DNA of 64,000 nucleotides from an uncultured delta proteobacterium (GCA_963845145.1 CAWJQU010000008.1:384001-448000); one strand, 5' to 3'. Shown: positions 1-9,842, counted from the stretch's first letter. The notes: generated by a model from the letters alone, not told the origin. Program-made: numbers and translations.

Positions 1-2
1 TG

Positions 3-2033
3 ACGATTGTCTCCTGGGTAGCCATGCCGGCACAGGCCACTGACGAACGGATCGTTTTAAAACGACCACTGCCGTTGGAAGAGGACATTACACCGTCCAT
101 TGCCGATGTGCCCAAACTGATCACCATCAACAACCCCATCGTTAATCGCCACAGTGACAAGTACGAACCGGTGCGTTTCATGCACGCCAAGCATGTCAAT
201 GTTTTGAAAGATTGCAGTATCTGCCATCATCGCCTGCCCCGAGAAGAAGGCGATACCTACGGAAGGCCGGTCAAACTCGCTGACCTCCAACGGGATAAAT
301 CGATTCCAGCGAGTTGTGCCGAATGCCATCAAGAACCCTTTAATCCTAAGAACCTGCATACGCCCGGCTTAAAAGGCGCCTACCACCAATTGTGTATGGA
401 TTGCCATGAGCAGTCTGAGCAAACCCCACATACCCGTGGGCCGATTCTTTACAGCGCAATGGTTCGGGGGCCGATAGCACGCACGTTGGATACCCGTGCC
501 CCTACGGATTGCCTCGCCTGTCACGCTGCCAAGGTGCCCGATCATCGTAAGCTGGTTAAATTGGAAAAGGAGGTCGACGCGTTAACCGTCACTCAAAACT
601 GCCTCGCCTGTCACGAGCCAGAGGGCCGGGCGATTTTAAAAACGGCCCATTGGAAATGGCATGGATCCTCTCCGTATACAGTGGGGCATGAAAACCGTAA
701 TGATATTGGTAAAAGCCACAACACGATCAACAACTTCTGTATAAACATCAATGGCAACTGGCCCCGCTGCACCAGTTGCCACATTGGTTACGGCTGGAAA
801 GATCAAAGTTTCAATTTTAATGACATGACCAAAATCGATTGTCTCGTATGCCATGACACCACCGGTACCTATAAGAAAACCCCAACAGGGGCCGGGTTTC
901 CGGAAAAAGGCGTTGACCTCGCCAAGGTAGCCAAAAGCGTCGGTCGTCCGAGCCGAAATACCTGTGGGATGAACTGTCACTTCCTTGGGGGTGGCGGCGA
1001 TGCCGTCAAACATGGGGATATGAGCTCTTCTTTAGCTAAACCGGATAAGGATTTTGATGTTCATATGGGTAGTGGTGAGGGCATGGATTTCAAGTGCCAG
1101 GATTGCCACAAAACCCGTAACCATATGATCTCGGGCCGTAGTATTTCCGTAGCTGCCGTAGAAGGTGACCTCTCCTGCGAGTACTGTCATACCGACAGCC
1201 CTCACATCGGTAGTGAACTGATCGATCACCACTTGAATAAGCACACACAGCATGTAGCCTGTCAAACCTGCCATATCCCCATTTACGCCAAAGGCCGGCC
1301 CACCAAGGTATACTGGGACTGGTCCCAGGCGGGGAAGGATATCAAATCTGAAAAAGACAAATATGGCATGCCCACCTTTAATAAGAAAAAGGGAAGCTAT
1401 AAATGGAAAGAGGCCGTCAAGCCAGTCTATAAATGGTATAATGGTACAGTTAAACGCTATCTTTTGGGCGACCGCATCAATCCCAAGGGCGTCACCGTCC
1501 TGGCCCAACCAGTGGGGAGCATTCAGGATCCAGCAGCCCGTATCTACCCCTTTAAAATTCATGAGGGGAAACAACCCAGTGATCGTATTTATAAGTATTT
1601 GCTGGCGCCCCAATTGTGGGACGGCTTCTGGAAGCATTGGGATTGGGACAAAGCTTTTGAAAGTGGCATGAAAACCGCCGGCCTTCAATACAGCGGCCAG
1701 TACGAATTTGTGGACACCATCATGTATTGGGGCCTCACCCACGAAGTACTGCCCAAGGAGAGTGCCCTTTCCTGCGCTGAATGCCATCGGTCCCTCGCCC
1801 AGGCCCCCTATTGCGGTAAATGCCATTTGGAACGATCAGATGTACAGTTTAAGGATCTAGTCCACAAAGGGGTCAACTTTAAGTTTCTGGCCGATCTGGG
1901 GCGAGATGTCAAAGATTTGATCGGTAAAACCAACTATATTGACTATAACGCCCTCGGGTATGAAGGCGATCCCGTTGAAACCAGTGGAAGATTCGACAAA
2001 CTGCCCATGCGGCAAAGGGCTGCTTTGGATTGA
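3..2033 (+). CDS. Multiheme cytochrome c: cytochrome c3-like domain fused to an OTR-family octaheme domain (13 heme motifs); 5' end probably outside the window
   Basis: Frame is open from position 3 (TIVSWVAMPAQA, signal-peptide-like end). 12 CxxCH motifs plus one CxxxCH (CGMNCH). OTR signatures HWKW, INNFCIN, GGGGDAVKHGD, CQTCHIP. Confidence 0.85.
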   Translation, partial: TIVSWVAMPAQATDERIVLKRPLPLEEDITPSIADVPKLITINNPIVNRHSDKYEPVRFMHAKHVNVLKDCSICHHRLPREEGDTYGRPVKLADLQRDKSIPASCAECHQEPFNPKNLHTPGLKGAYHQLCMDCHEQSEQTPHTRGPILYSAMVRGPIARTLDTRAPTDCLACHAAKVPDHRKLVKLEKEVDALTVTQNCLACHEPEGRAILKTAHWKWHGSSPYTVGHENRNDIGKSHNTINNFCININGNWPRCTSCHIGYGWKDQSFNFNDMTKIDCLVCHDTTGTYKKTPTGAGFPEKGVDLAKVAKSVGRPSRNTCGMNCHFLGGGGDAVKHGDMSSSLAKPDKDFDVHMGSGEGMDFKCQDCHKTRNHMISGRSISVAAVEGDLSCEYCHTDSPHIGSELIDHHLNKHTQHVACQTCHIPIYAKGRPTKVYWDWSQAGKDIKSEKDKYGMPTFNKKKGSYKWKEAVKPVYKWYNGTVKRYLLGDRINPKGVTVLAQPVGSIQDPAARIYPFKIHEGKQPSDRIYKYLLAPQLWDGFWKHWDWDKAFESGMKTAGLQYSGQYEFVDTIMYWGLTHEVLPKESALSCAECHRSLAQAPYCGKCHLERSDVQFKDLVHKGVNFKFLADLGRDVKDLIGKTNYIDYNALGYEGDPVETSGRFDKLPMRQRAALD

Positions 2034-2116
2034 TCGACGCCCACCACGCGCAAGTAAGCCTCGCCCCCTTAATAAGGGACCTTTATGGATGAGAGGAAAA
2101 AGTGGAGAAGTGGACA

Positions 2117-4309
2117 ATGCCAGTGAATAATAAAATTTCTATATCACGACGCAGATTCATTCAGCTATCCGGCGCCACAGCAGCCACCATGGCAACCATT
2201 AGCCCCTCCCGCATGGCGCGAGCGCTGACCCCAAATGCTGGTGACGACAAAATAGGATCTGTTCGGGAAATATTCTCGGCTTGCGATATGTGCTTTAATA
2301 AATGCGGCATAATCGCCCGGGTAGAAGACGGGATCGTCACCAAGCTGGATCCAAATCCCAAGTCGCTCAAATCCCGCGGTATGTTATGTGCCAGGGGTAA
2401 TGCCGGAATCAAGCAACTTTACGATCCGGATCGGTTGAAATATCCCCTGCTGCGAAAAGGTGATCGCGGGTCAGGCCGCTGGCAGCGTTTGAGCTGGACC
2501 GATGCGCTGGATCTCGCCGCCGAAAAAATGGACCGAATCGGGCGCGAATACACCCGCTGTGGCTTTCTCTTTATGGCCGGCACGGATATGCAGTCCACCT
2601 TCGTTCACCGGTTTGCCGAGGTTTACGGCTCCTTCAATATCATTTCACACGAATCTAACTGCTTGCTAAGTCGCAACCGGGCGTTTCTGGATACCTTCGG
2701 CGTTGTGCCGATTCCCGATATGCTCAATTGCAAGTATGTGATCATGCCCGGGGCCAATCGCTTCGAAGCCCTAGTGACACCGGATAGCATCGACCTGATG
2801 ACGGCCATGCAAAAAGGCTGTAAACTGGTGGTCCTGGATCCACGTTTTACGAAAACAGCCGCCCTGGCCAATGAGTGGTTTGCCATCAAACCCGGCACCG
2901 ACATGGCCTTTTTTCTGGCCATTGCCCATGTGTTGATTACCGAAGAGCGTTACGACAAGGAATTTGTAAAAACAAAAACTTTCGGATTCGAGCAGTTTAA
3001 AGCACATGTCCAAACGTATACACCGGAATGGGCGGCCGCAGAGACGGATATCCCGGCGGGCGATATACGTCGGCTGGCCCGGGAACTGGCAGCCGCCGCC
3101 CCCGCGGCCATCGTTTATCCCGGACGGCGAAGCTCGGATTATGAAGATTCAACCCAGATACGAAGGGCGTTTGCCATTGTCAACGCACTGCTCGGCAACT
3201 GGGACCGGCCCGGTGGCCTAATCGTTCCACCGAAGGTGAAATCCGGCACCATTCCTTACGACGCCCCCTGGTATGATGATAATCCGGAAGATCGAGTTGA
3301 TGCGGGCCGGGCGCAGATGATGTTCTATGAGGAAGGCTCATTCAAACATACGCGTGATGCCGTAATTGAGGGCAAACCCTATCCCATCAAAGGCTGGATG
3401 ACCTACAAGACCAACCCTATGCAAACCGGTGCCAATCGCAACAAAACCATCGAAATGATAAACAAACTCGATTTTATGGTTACTGTCGACATTGCCATGA
3501 GTGATACGGCCTGGATGGCAGATCTCGTCCTGCCGGCGCCCAGCTACTTGGAGAGAGAGGACCCCCTTTCCGCATTTCAAGCCTCTTCCGCCTGCTCGGG
3601 AGTCATTACGCGCAATCCGGTCGTCCCGGCCCTTTATGAATCGAAACCGGTTTTCTGGATCGTAAAAGAGTTGGCCAAACGTCTCAACCTCGGAGAGCAT
3701 TTCGATTTTACCATCGCCGATTTCAGAAAAGCGCAACTGGAGAAGTTACCTGAGGTGGCGAAAGCAATTGAGAAAGACGGGGTGTATAACGTTACCGGAC
3801 CCAGCCATGGGCTACACGAGGGCAAACCCTTCAAAACACTCTCGAAAAAAATCGAGTTTTACAATTCGCGGTATGAACGCGCGGGCATCGACCCCATGCC
3901 TGTCTACACGCCACCCCGTGTAGTTCCGGAAAACCATTTCAGGATGGTAGTAGGACGCAATGCCTACATCACCCAGAGTGCCACCACCAACAATAGTTTG
4001 TTGTGGGAACTGCAGCACGAAAATGTTCTCTGGATTCACCCGGAACCGGCTAAAAAATTGGGTATCAAGCCTGGAGATCAGGTTGAAGTCGCCAGCCCCG
4101 CTGGAAAAGGGCGTCTTAAAGCTTATGTAACAGGAAAAACCCGGCCAGATACCGTTTATATGGATACCGGTTTCGGGGTCCTATCCGAAGGTTTGACAAA
4201 AATATTCGGTAAAGGTGCTTGCATTGTCGAAGTTCTGGAAGACTATGCCGACCGAATCTCAGGGAATATGGCTATGCATGAAACGATAGTCAGTGTGACA
4301 AAAGCCTGA
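2117..4309 (+). CDS. Molybdopterin oxidoreductase catalytic subunit, polysulfide/thiosulfate reductase (PsrA/PhsA) family
   Basis: Tat signal SRRRFIQ; CDMCFNKC...C Fe-S motif; candidate Mo-ligand Cys in HESNCLL; ADLVLPAPSYLER; C-terminal molybdopterin-binding domain. Confidence 0.85.
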   Translation: MPVNNKISISRRRFIQLSGATAATMATISPSRMARALTPNAGDDKIGSVREIFSACDMCFNKCGIIARVEDGIVTKLDPNPKSLKSRGMLCARGNAGIKQLYDPDRLKYPLLRKGDRGSGRWQRLSWTDALDLAAEKMDRIGREYTRCGFLFMAGTDMQSTFVHRFAEVYGSFNIISHESNCLLSRNRAFLDTFGVVPIPDMLNCKYVIMPGANRFEALVTPDSIDLMTAMQKGCKLVVLDPRFTKTAALANEWFAIKPGTDMAFFLAIAHVLITEERYDKEFVKTKTFGFEQFKAHVQTYTPEWAAAETDIPAGDIRRLARELAAAAPAAIVYPGRRSSDYEDSTQIRRAFAIVNALLGNWDRPGGLIVPPKVKSGTIPYDAPWYDDNPEDRVDAGRAQMMFYEEGSFKHTRDAVIEGKPYPIKGWMTYKTNPMQTGANRNKTIEMINKLDFMVTVDIAMSDTAWMADLVLPAPSYLEREDPLSAFQASSACSGVITRNPVVPALYESKPVFWIVKELAKRLNLGEHFDFTIADFRKAQLEKLPEVAKAIEKDGVYNVTGPSHGLHEGKPFKTLSKKIEFYNSRYERAGIDPMPVYTPPRVVPENHFRMVVGRNAYITQSATTNNSLLWELQHENVLWIHPEPAKKLGIKPGDQVEVASPAGKGRLKAYVTGKTRPDTVYMDTGFGVLSEGLTKIFGKGACIVEVLEDYADRISGNMAMHETIVSVTKA

Positions 4310-4351
4310 TTTTAAAAACTTGATTCACAGTGAAATATCAAGGACGTGGAC

Positions 4352-4990
4352 ATGAAAAAACACAAGGCCATAAAATACGGTATCATTATCGATACGTCCA
4401 AATGCATTGATTGCAAGGCTTGCCTGATCGCATGTAAGGTTGAAAACAGCCTTCCCCAAGGTTACTGGCGAAATTGGATCAAGTCACGATGGAATGAGGA
4501 TACGGATCTAAAGAATGAGTTCCAACCAGGACAATGCATGCAGTGCGATGAACCCTCGTGCGTCGCGGCCTGCCCCGTGGGGGCGACCTACAAAGAAAAC
4601 AACGGTCTGGTCGCCATTGACCCGCTAAAGTGTATCGGTTGCGGCAATTGCATCGCGGCCTGCCCCTACCAGGCCCGGTATCGCGACCCCAAACGGGGAA
4701 TCGCCGACAAGTGTGATTTTTGTCGCCACCGCTTAAACCGCGGAGAAGAACCCGCCTGTGTGGTTACTTGTCCGACCAAGGCCCGAATTTTCGGCGATTT
4801 GAATGACCCGCAAAGTCGTGTTGGCAGGCTGGCTGCGGGGAAAAAGCTGGTACAAATAATCAATCCCTTAGTGAATACCAGCCCGAACATTTTTTATCTT
4901 CGGAAAACCAGTCTGCGTGATTGGCCGGTTTTACCGACTCTACCTGGGGGAGAGCACATGGCCCCCAGTTTTTGGAAAACGTATGGTTAA
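4352..4990 (+). CDS. 4Fe-4S electron-transfer subunit (PsrB/PhsB/NrfC family)
   Basis: CIDCKACLIAC, CMQCDEPSCVAACP, CIGCGNCIAACP, CDFC...CVVTCP; directly follows the Mo subunit. Confidence 0.9.
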   Translation: MKKHKAIKYGIIIDTSKCIDCKACLIACKVENSLPQGYWRNWIKSRWNEDTDLKNEFQPGQCMQCDEPSCVAACPVGATYKENNGLVAIDPLKCIGCGNCIAACPYQARYRDPKRGIADKCDFCRHRLNRGEEPACVVTCPTKARIFGDLNDPQSRVGRLAAGKKLVQIINPLVNTSPNIFYLRKTSLRDWPVLPTLPGGEHMAPSFWKTYG

Positions 4991-5124
4991 TATGCTCTAT
5001 CCATTCGCGCAAATGGATAAAAAGGTCGCCTCGCCCGACAACGTCTCCTTCGTGGCCCGACAGCGTCTCCTCCGTGGATGGTTTCACTGCCTGATTTAAG
5101 TATCTGGCAGCTTACCTCCATGCC

Positions 5125-5165
5125 AAGGCCCTGCTGCCCAGTATTGGGTAGCAGGGCCTTTTTTT
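5125..5165 (+). terminator. Intrinsic terminator between the convergent operons
   Basis: AAGGCCCTGCTGCCCA-gtat-TGGGTAGCAGGGCCTT followed by a T-run. Confidence 0.8.
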
Positions 5166-5171
5166 AGGAAG

Positions 5172-5837
5172 CTAAGTTGTACCGTACTTATGCTTATCCG
5201 CTTTCTTTTCCCACTCTTCGATGGATACGCCCTCTTCAACGCTCTCCCATCCGGTGATCATGGCTTTAACGTGGGCGAACAGTGAATGCCCGGTGGTCGT
5301 CATATAGACATGAACCACCAGAAAAGTTAAAATGGAGAAGGCTCCGGCCATGTGAACCCAGGCGATCAACTGCAATGAAAAGGCGCTAAACCCCCAAGTG
5401 TGCCACGAATTGTATCCCCAATAAAGGAAGCCGGTGCCCATCTGAACCGGGAGCAAAAAGGCCGCCAAGGAGAGATAGGTGATGCGCTGCAACGGATTAT
5501 GTTTGGCCTCCTTGTGCTTAGGAAAAGGGTGCGATTCCCCCCTAAATATTCCGTAAGTATAGTACCGGATCACGCTGACCATTTTTTTAGTCGTTGGAAT
5601 ATACTGGCGCCATTCGCCGGTTGTGAAGATCCAGAAAGCAAAAAAGGCAAAGGCGATGAGCCAGGTCAAACCAACATAGTTATGGACTTTTACGGCCGTA
5701 TCGAACCCCAGAAAAGTAAACTGGCTATGGACCTCAAAGCCGGTTACCAGTAATACCAAAATAAGGGCCATCTGCAGCCAGTGCCAAAACCGTTCGTAAC
5801 GTGTATACAGATAAATATTTTTCATTTTAGCACTCAT
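5172..5837 (-). CDS. Cytochrome b/b6-domain membrane protein (PhsC/hydrogenase cytochrome b-like)
   Basis: ERFWHW, KHNPLQRITY, VHVYMTTTG; four hydrophobic helices with His ligands. Confidence 0.85.
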   Translation of the reverse strand: MSAKMKNIYLYTRYERFWHWLQMALILVLLVTGFEVHSQFTFLGFDTAVKVHNYVGLTWLIAFAFFAFWIFTTGEWRQYIPTTKKMVSVIRYYTYGIFRGESHPFPKHKEAKHNPLQRITYLSLAAFLLPVQMGTGFLYWGYNSWHTWGFSAFSLQLIAWVHMAGAFSILTFLVVHVYMTTTGHSLFAHVKAMITGWESVEEGVSIEEWEKKADKHKYGTT

Positions 5838-5840
5838 GGT

Positions 5841-7484
5841 CTACTTGCCCCCCTTTTTTCCATTACCTTGGGTAAACACACGTCCAAGCCCATGAATAAC
5901 AACGCCCACCAGGGACCCCAATACCATCAGCCATCCAATGGTATCGATGATACCGGCATTGTCACGCCCCGGCATATAGAACCCCGCCAGGCTGGCCATA
6001 CGGCTGCCTTTGTCGATGTGACACTCTTTACAAGTGACAACATTTTCTTTGGGCGCTACCATGTGGGTTGTGGGATAGACGAAAGTTGTTTCAACAAAAT
6101 CGAATTCGCCGGAAAATTTCATTCCCAGCGCATCGCTACCGATCGCCAACGCTTCCTTCCAGTCCAGTGTTTTCCAGTAACCTTTGGGGCCGGAAAGTAA
6201 CGGGGCCAACAGTGTCTTGTTGATTTTATCGTAAGGCTGCACACCGCGGTGTACCTTAAAGGGAAATATTCGGGCATTTTCGTCACCGCGGCTACCCAAT
6301 GGGTAACTCAGGGCCACCGTTCCGCTGGGGTCGATAGGGTCAGCCGCTGTCAGGGATTTAATGGATCCGTTAAACCAGTAGTACTCCGGTTTGACGTTCT
6401 TTTCCCACTTCATTTCACCTTTTATAGTCAGGTAGTCGTGCTTTCCGAACGGCCCTTTACGTTTGTACGGTTTGCCTTTCTCATTTAGCTTACCCGATTT
6501 TGACCAGTCCCATGACATTTTGGTGGGATTGACGCGTGCAAAGGTGGGGATATGGCAACTCTGGCAGGCGACCTTGTCGGTATGGTCGTTGGCCTTCGAC
6601 CCTGGGTTGTGCGGTGTACTGCTGTGACAAGATTCACAACTAATTTTTGAGGTCAGGTCATCCTCGATCAAACTTTTTCGATGGGTGTACGCGGGTGCGG
6701 TGTAAATCCGTCCGGCCACATTATGGAGCTTGGTCGTATGACAGCGTACGCAATCAAAATTCTGCCCATCGATTCCCATGTGCACATCCAGGGCCTTGTT
6801 GGGTTTTGCCAGGGAGGTATCCAGATCCCCATGTTTGACGCCGTCGCCGCCGCCACCCTTGAAATGGCAATCACCACAATTGCTTCGCGTTGGACGCCCC
6901 ACCTGCTGCACCGCTGCTTGAATTTCGGATTGAATCTCAGCGGCCAGTTCTTTGGATTCAGCATCGGTTTCTACTCGAAAGGCATTAAAATCCTCGAAAG
7001 CCTCTTCCCAGTTTATCTGTTTCCTGCCATGGCAAGCCAGGCAATTGACGGCCTCGGTCTTGTTTCCCCATCCCGGGTGGCAGGACATGCACCCCTTATC
7101 CTCCATCCCATTGGCGGAGATACAAAAATTATTTAAAGACAAACCGGCCTTACCCATTTGAGCGTCTTTATCATTTTTATGCGCCAGCCAGGTCCAGTGA
7201 ATGGTTTTGTGGAACTGTTCCGCCGCCTCGGAGTGGCAACTCAAGCAAGCCTGGGTCACTTCAACGCCTGAGATAAATGGCTTCTTCAAAATATCGTGTT
7301 TGGTATGGTCGGTCGTGATCCAAATACCCTTCTCTTTTGTCGCCTGCTGGGCCATGGTGCGGCCAGGGGCTTCATCTTTCGATCCGGCAGCACTGGCGAC
7401 GGCCGCAAACCCCAGGCCAATGCCAATGATTGCCAAAACAACGAAAAGGCGGGAAAGCCGGTGTTGCACCTTAATTGGTTTCAT
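5841..7484 (-). CDS. OTR-family octaheme cytochrome c with C-terminal membrane anchor
   Basis: Signal peptide; 8 CxxCH; LNNFCIS, GGGGDGVKHGDLD, THMVAPKE; C-terminal TM helix. Confidence 0.9.
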   Translation of the reverse strand: MKPIKVQHRLSRLFVVLAIIGIGLGFAAVASAAGSKDEAPGRTMAQQATKEKGIWITTDHTKHDILKKPFISGVEVTQACLSCHSEAAEQFHKTIHWTWLAHKNDKDAQMGKAGLSLNNFCISANGMEDKGCMSCHPGWGNKTEAVNCLACHGRKQINWEEAFEDFNAFRVETDAESKELAAEIQSEIQAAVQQVGRPTRSNCGDCHFKGGGGDGVKHGDLDTSLAKPNKALDVHMGIDGQNFDCVRCHTTKLHNVAGRIYTAPAYTHRKSLIEDDLTSKISCESCHSSTPHNPGSKANDHTDKVACQSCHIPTFARVNPTKMSWDWSKSGKLNEKGKPYKRKGPFGKHDYLTIKGEMKWEKNVKPEYYWFNGSIKSLTAADPIDPSGTVALSYPLGSRGDENARIFPFKVHRGVQPYDKINKTLLAPLLSGPKGYWKTLDWKEALAIGSDALGMKFSGEFDFVETTFVYPTTHMVAPKENVVTCKECHIDKGSRMASLAGFYMPGRDNAGIIDTIGWLMVLGSLVGVVIHGLGRVFTQGNGKKGGK

Positions 7485-7640
7485 TGATGTTCCCTCTATA
7501 CGATACATGACGTTTATCGTTCATGAAGGCAATCCATATCAGGACTACCTTCATTACAGTGCTCGCCGGTCAACACGCCTTTTTGTCTGATGAAATCGAC
7601 AAGCCGACGGGCCAACCGGTAAAAGGACCCATTTATTTCA

Positions 7641-8786
7641 TCAGGATCCCGGTTTGGTGATCGTGAAAGAGCCGTCTTTATTGAAATTCATCTCACCATC
7701 CACATAGAAGACGGATTTTAATTCGGGACGAAGATCCTGTACCATATAGAACGACTCGCCGCTACGGGCGCCTGTTCCACATATAAAGACAATCGGCTTA
7801 TCCGTTGGCAGAGAGCTGACTTTACCTTCCAGGTTATCCACGGGAATGTTGACGGCACCTTTAAGAGTACCCCCGGCGAATTCATCCGCATCACGCACAT
7901 CGATGATATGGAAGCTTTCGGGATTTGCGGCAACCGCCTTTTTAAAGTAATCGATATCGATACTGCCCTCTTCCTTGCCTGCCTTCACCTGAGTAGCCGC
8001 CGCAGAAGTTTTGGCCGCACCGGAAGTCCCGGCGATCGCTTTCCACGCCGGATAGCCGGCCGCAAAGACCTTCACATTCTTGTAACCCATGGCAAGGGCC
8101 TTTTCCGCCGATTTGTGGCTGAGCTTGCATTTAAAGCCACCACAGTAGAACACCAACAACTTCTCTTTGTCGGCCGGCAACTGGCCTTTCATTTTATCGA
8201 ACTGCATATCCGGAATACTGATAGCCGTAGGGATGTGTCCTTTATCGTATTTTTTTCGTTTGGGACGTGAATCGATTAATACCATGTCCGATTGGTTGTC
8301 TATTTGGCTTTTGACCCAGGGGGTGTCGACAGCCGCGTAGTTTCCAGCGACTTTCAACCAACCTGGAAATCCCTTCTCAAAAACCTTTACGTTTTTATAA
8401 CCAAGCTTTTCCGCCTTCCAGGCGGATTTGTGGCTCAGCTTTCAAGTGGGGCCTTCACAATAGTAAATAAGCAGTGCATCCTTATTTTCAGGAAGCTGGG
8501 TAATCATTTTATCAAACTTTGAGTGTGGAATACTGACCGCCATTGGAATATGCCCCTTAGCATATTTTGGTCTATATGGTCGGGAATCGATGAGCATGAC
8601 ATTTTCAGGCATGGGGATCGCCATATGCGCTTTGACAAAGGCCGCATCGACAATCGTATGATACTTCCAATCGGTGTTCTCTTGTTTTTTAACAACGGGT
8701 GTTTTTTGAGGAGCGGCACAGGCCACCACAAAAGCGATGAGCAATAAAATCCCCAGACCCAGGATCGTTCGCTTGGCAAACTTCAT
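7641..8786 (-). CDS. Triple rhodanese-domain lipoprotein, predicted selenoprotein (UGA at 8442-8444), 381 aa
   Basis: ORFs 8442..8786 and 7641..8357 are in one frame separated by a single TGA. YYCEGPT-U-KLSHKSA aligns with domain 2 FYCGGFK-C-KLSHKSA. Lipobox VVAC; SECIS-like hairpin downstream. Confidence 0.88.
8413..8441 (-). promoter_or_regulatory. Candidate bacterial SECIS element of the rhodanese gene
   Basis: After UGA: 15 nt spacer, then stem TCCGCCT-GGA-AGGCGGA; G-first apical loop 22 nt from the UGA (3' arm runs to about 8410). Confidence 0.65.
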
Positions 8787-8871
8787 GTAAAATACCTCCC
8801 TTGGTTTTTCGGACTGCTGGTTTATCGTACTGAAATTGATATTAACCGCAACGGTTCACACCATAAAAACC

Positions 8872-9216
8872 TTATTTGCATTTGGCCGGTGTCGGTGAAT
8901 CCGAGGCATGGGCATGTAGATAGGTAAAAATATCCGTAATCTCCACGTCGGAAAGCGCTGACCACTCCTCCTCGCAACCGAATTCATCAAATGTTTTGCC
9001 GTCAAACAGGGCTTCCCATTCCGCTTGGGACTTGGCATCCGGATTCAGGGTCGGTTTTACGCTCTCCACGGCGCCCCGTTCGTGACATGCCTTGTAAACC
9101 TTGCGATAGGTGTACTTTCCCTTTCGCTTGTTGCCCTGTTCCATAGCCAGTCCGGTCCCGATAAAACTAACCGTCATAAAAATCGCCAAAAACATCGTCA
9201 TTACCTTTTTTTGCAT
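8872..9216 (-). CDS. Small periplasmic cytochrome c-like protein with degenerate heme motif (YKACH)
   Basis: Signal peptide; GNKRKGKYTYRKVYKACH resembles a class I cytochrome c N-terminus; C-terminus HAHASDSPTPAKCK. Confidence 0.65.
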   Translation of the reverse strand: MQKKVMTMFLAIFMTVSFIGTGLAMEQGNKRKGKYTYRKVYKACHERGAVESVKPTLNPDAKSQAEWEALFDGKTFDEFGCEEEWSALSDVEITDIFTYLHAHASDSPTPAKCK

Positions 9217-9336
9217 CTTTTTTGCTCCTTTCAGTCATTACATGTTATTTGGGTTGCATTGAAAAAATAGGATCAACACGGATCTATTTCTAACAGAACG
9301 ATTCCGTTTCCTTTTCATGTTCATAACCGTGGGAAA

Positions 9337-9352
9337 TGCAATTGGAATGCCA
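9337..9352 (-). promoter_or_regulatory. Sigma54 (-24/-12) promoter of the cyt c-rhodanese-OTR-cyt b operon
   Basis: Minus strand TGGCAT-TCCAA-TTGCA matches TGGCAC-N5-TTGCA, about 120 nt upstream of the 9216 start. Confidence 0.85.
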
Positions 9353-9451
9353 CGGATATAGACAGCACACTTTTTCCATTTAACCTTTTGTATTTATATA
9401 CCTTTATTAATGATACAATACAAGCCGTTCCATTTGAGATGATTGTCAACG

Positions 9452-9467
9452 GTTAACACCTGTTAAC
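9452..9467. promoter_or_regulatory. Candidate upstream activator sequence GTTAAC-N4-GTTAAC
   Basis: GTTAAC-acct-GTTAAC about 100 bp upstream of the sigma54 site; the same motif recurs at 10188-10203. Confidence 0.6.
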
Positions 9468-9524
9468 TGCCGGCCGTTCGTTAAAAGGCATAATCGACGG
9501 CAAGCCACAAATATGGCCATAGAT

Positions 9525-9836
9525 TTAAAAAACGACACACCGGTCGCTCCATTGCAAAATGTCGGTAATTTGACCCGGCCGAACGAACTTTACACCTTTT
9601 GGTACCGTCGGTATTCTTCCCGTAAATCGTTTCTCAAAACTGGTTGAGCAGATTGTGATTTGTGCCCGATGCGTCAGATGGTGAAAATCCGTTGATTCGA
9701 TAAATTCGACGCCCGTACCCAGTAAATGGATTTTGACCTCTTTTCCCTTTATATCGGCAGCCTTTGTCAATTCTTCCAAATAGTTAAAGTATCTACCGGA
9801 TTGAACCAGGATGCATAATTTTCTGGAAGTCGTCAT
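9525..9836 (-). CDS. DsrE/TusD-like small sulfur-relay protein
   Basis: KLCILV...AADIKGKEVKIHLLGTGV...TICSTS...SDRCVVF follows the DsrE-fold pattern with a candidate active Cys. Confidence 0.6.
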   Translation of the reverse strand: MTTSRKLCILVQSGRYFNYLEELTKAADIKGKEVKIHLLGTGVEFIESTDFHHLTHRAQITICSTSFEKRFTGRIPTVPKGVKFVRPGQITDILQWSDRCVVF

Positions 9837-9842
9837 AGCGTG

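Noticed and set aside
2031..4309. Sec readthrough at the TGA stops of the 13-heme and PsrA genes
   Set aside because: Both stops fall at natural C-termini, not at Cys positions.
8442..8786. Separate 114-aa and 238-aa rhodanese genes, or a pseudogene
   Set aside because: Same frame, single UGA at a Cys-aligned position, with a SECIS-like hairpin; read as one selenoprotein.
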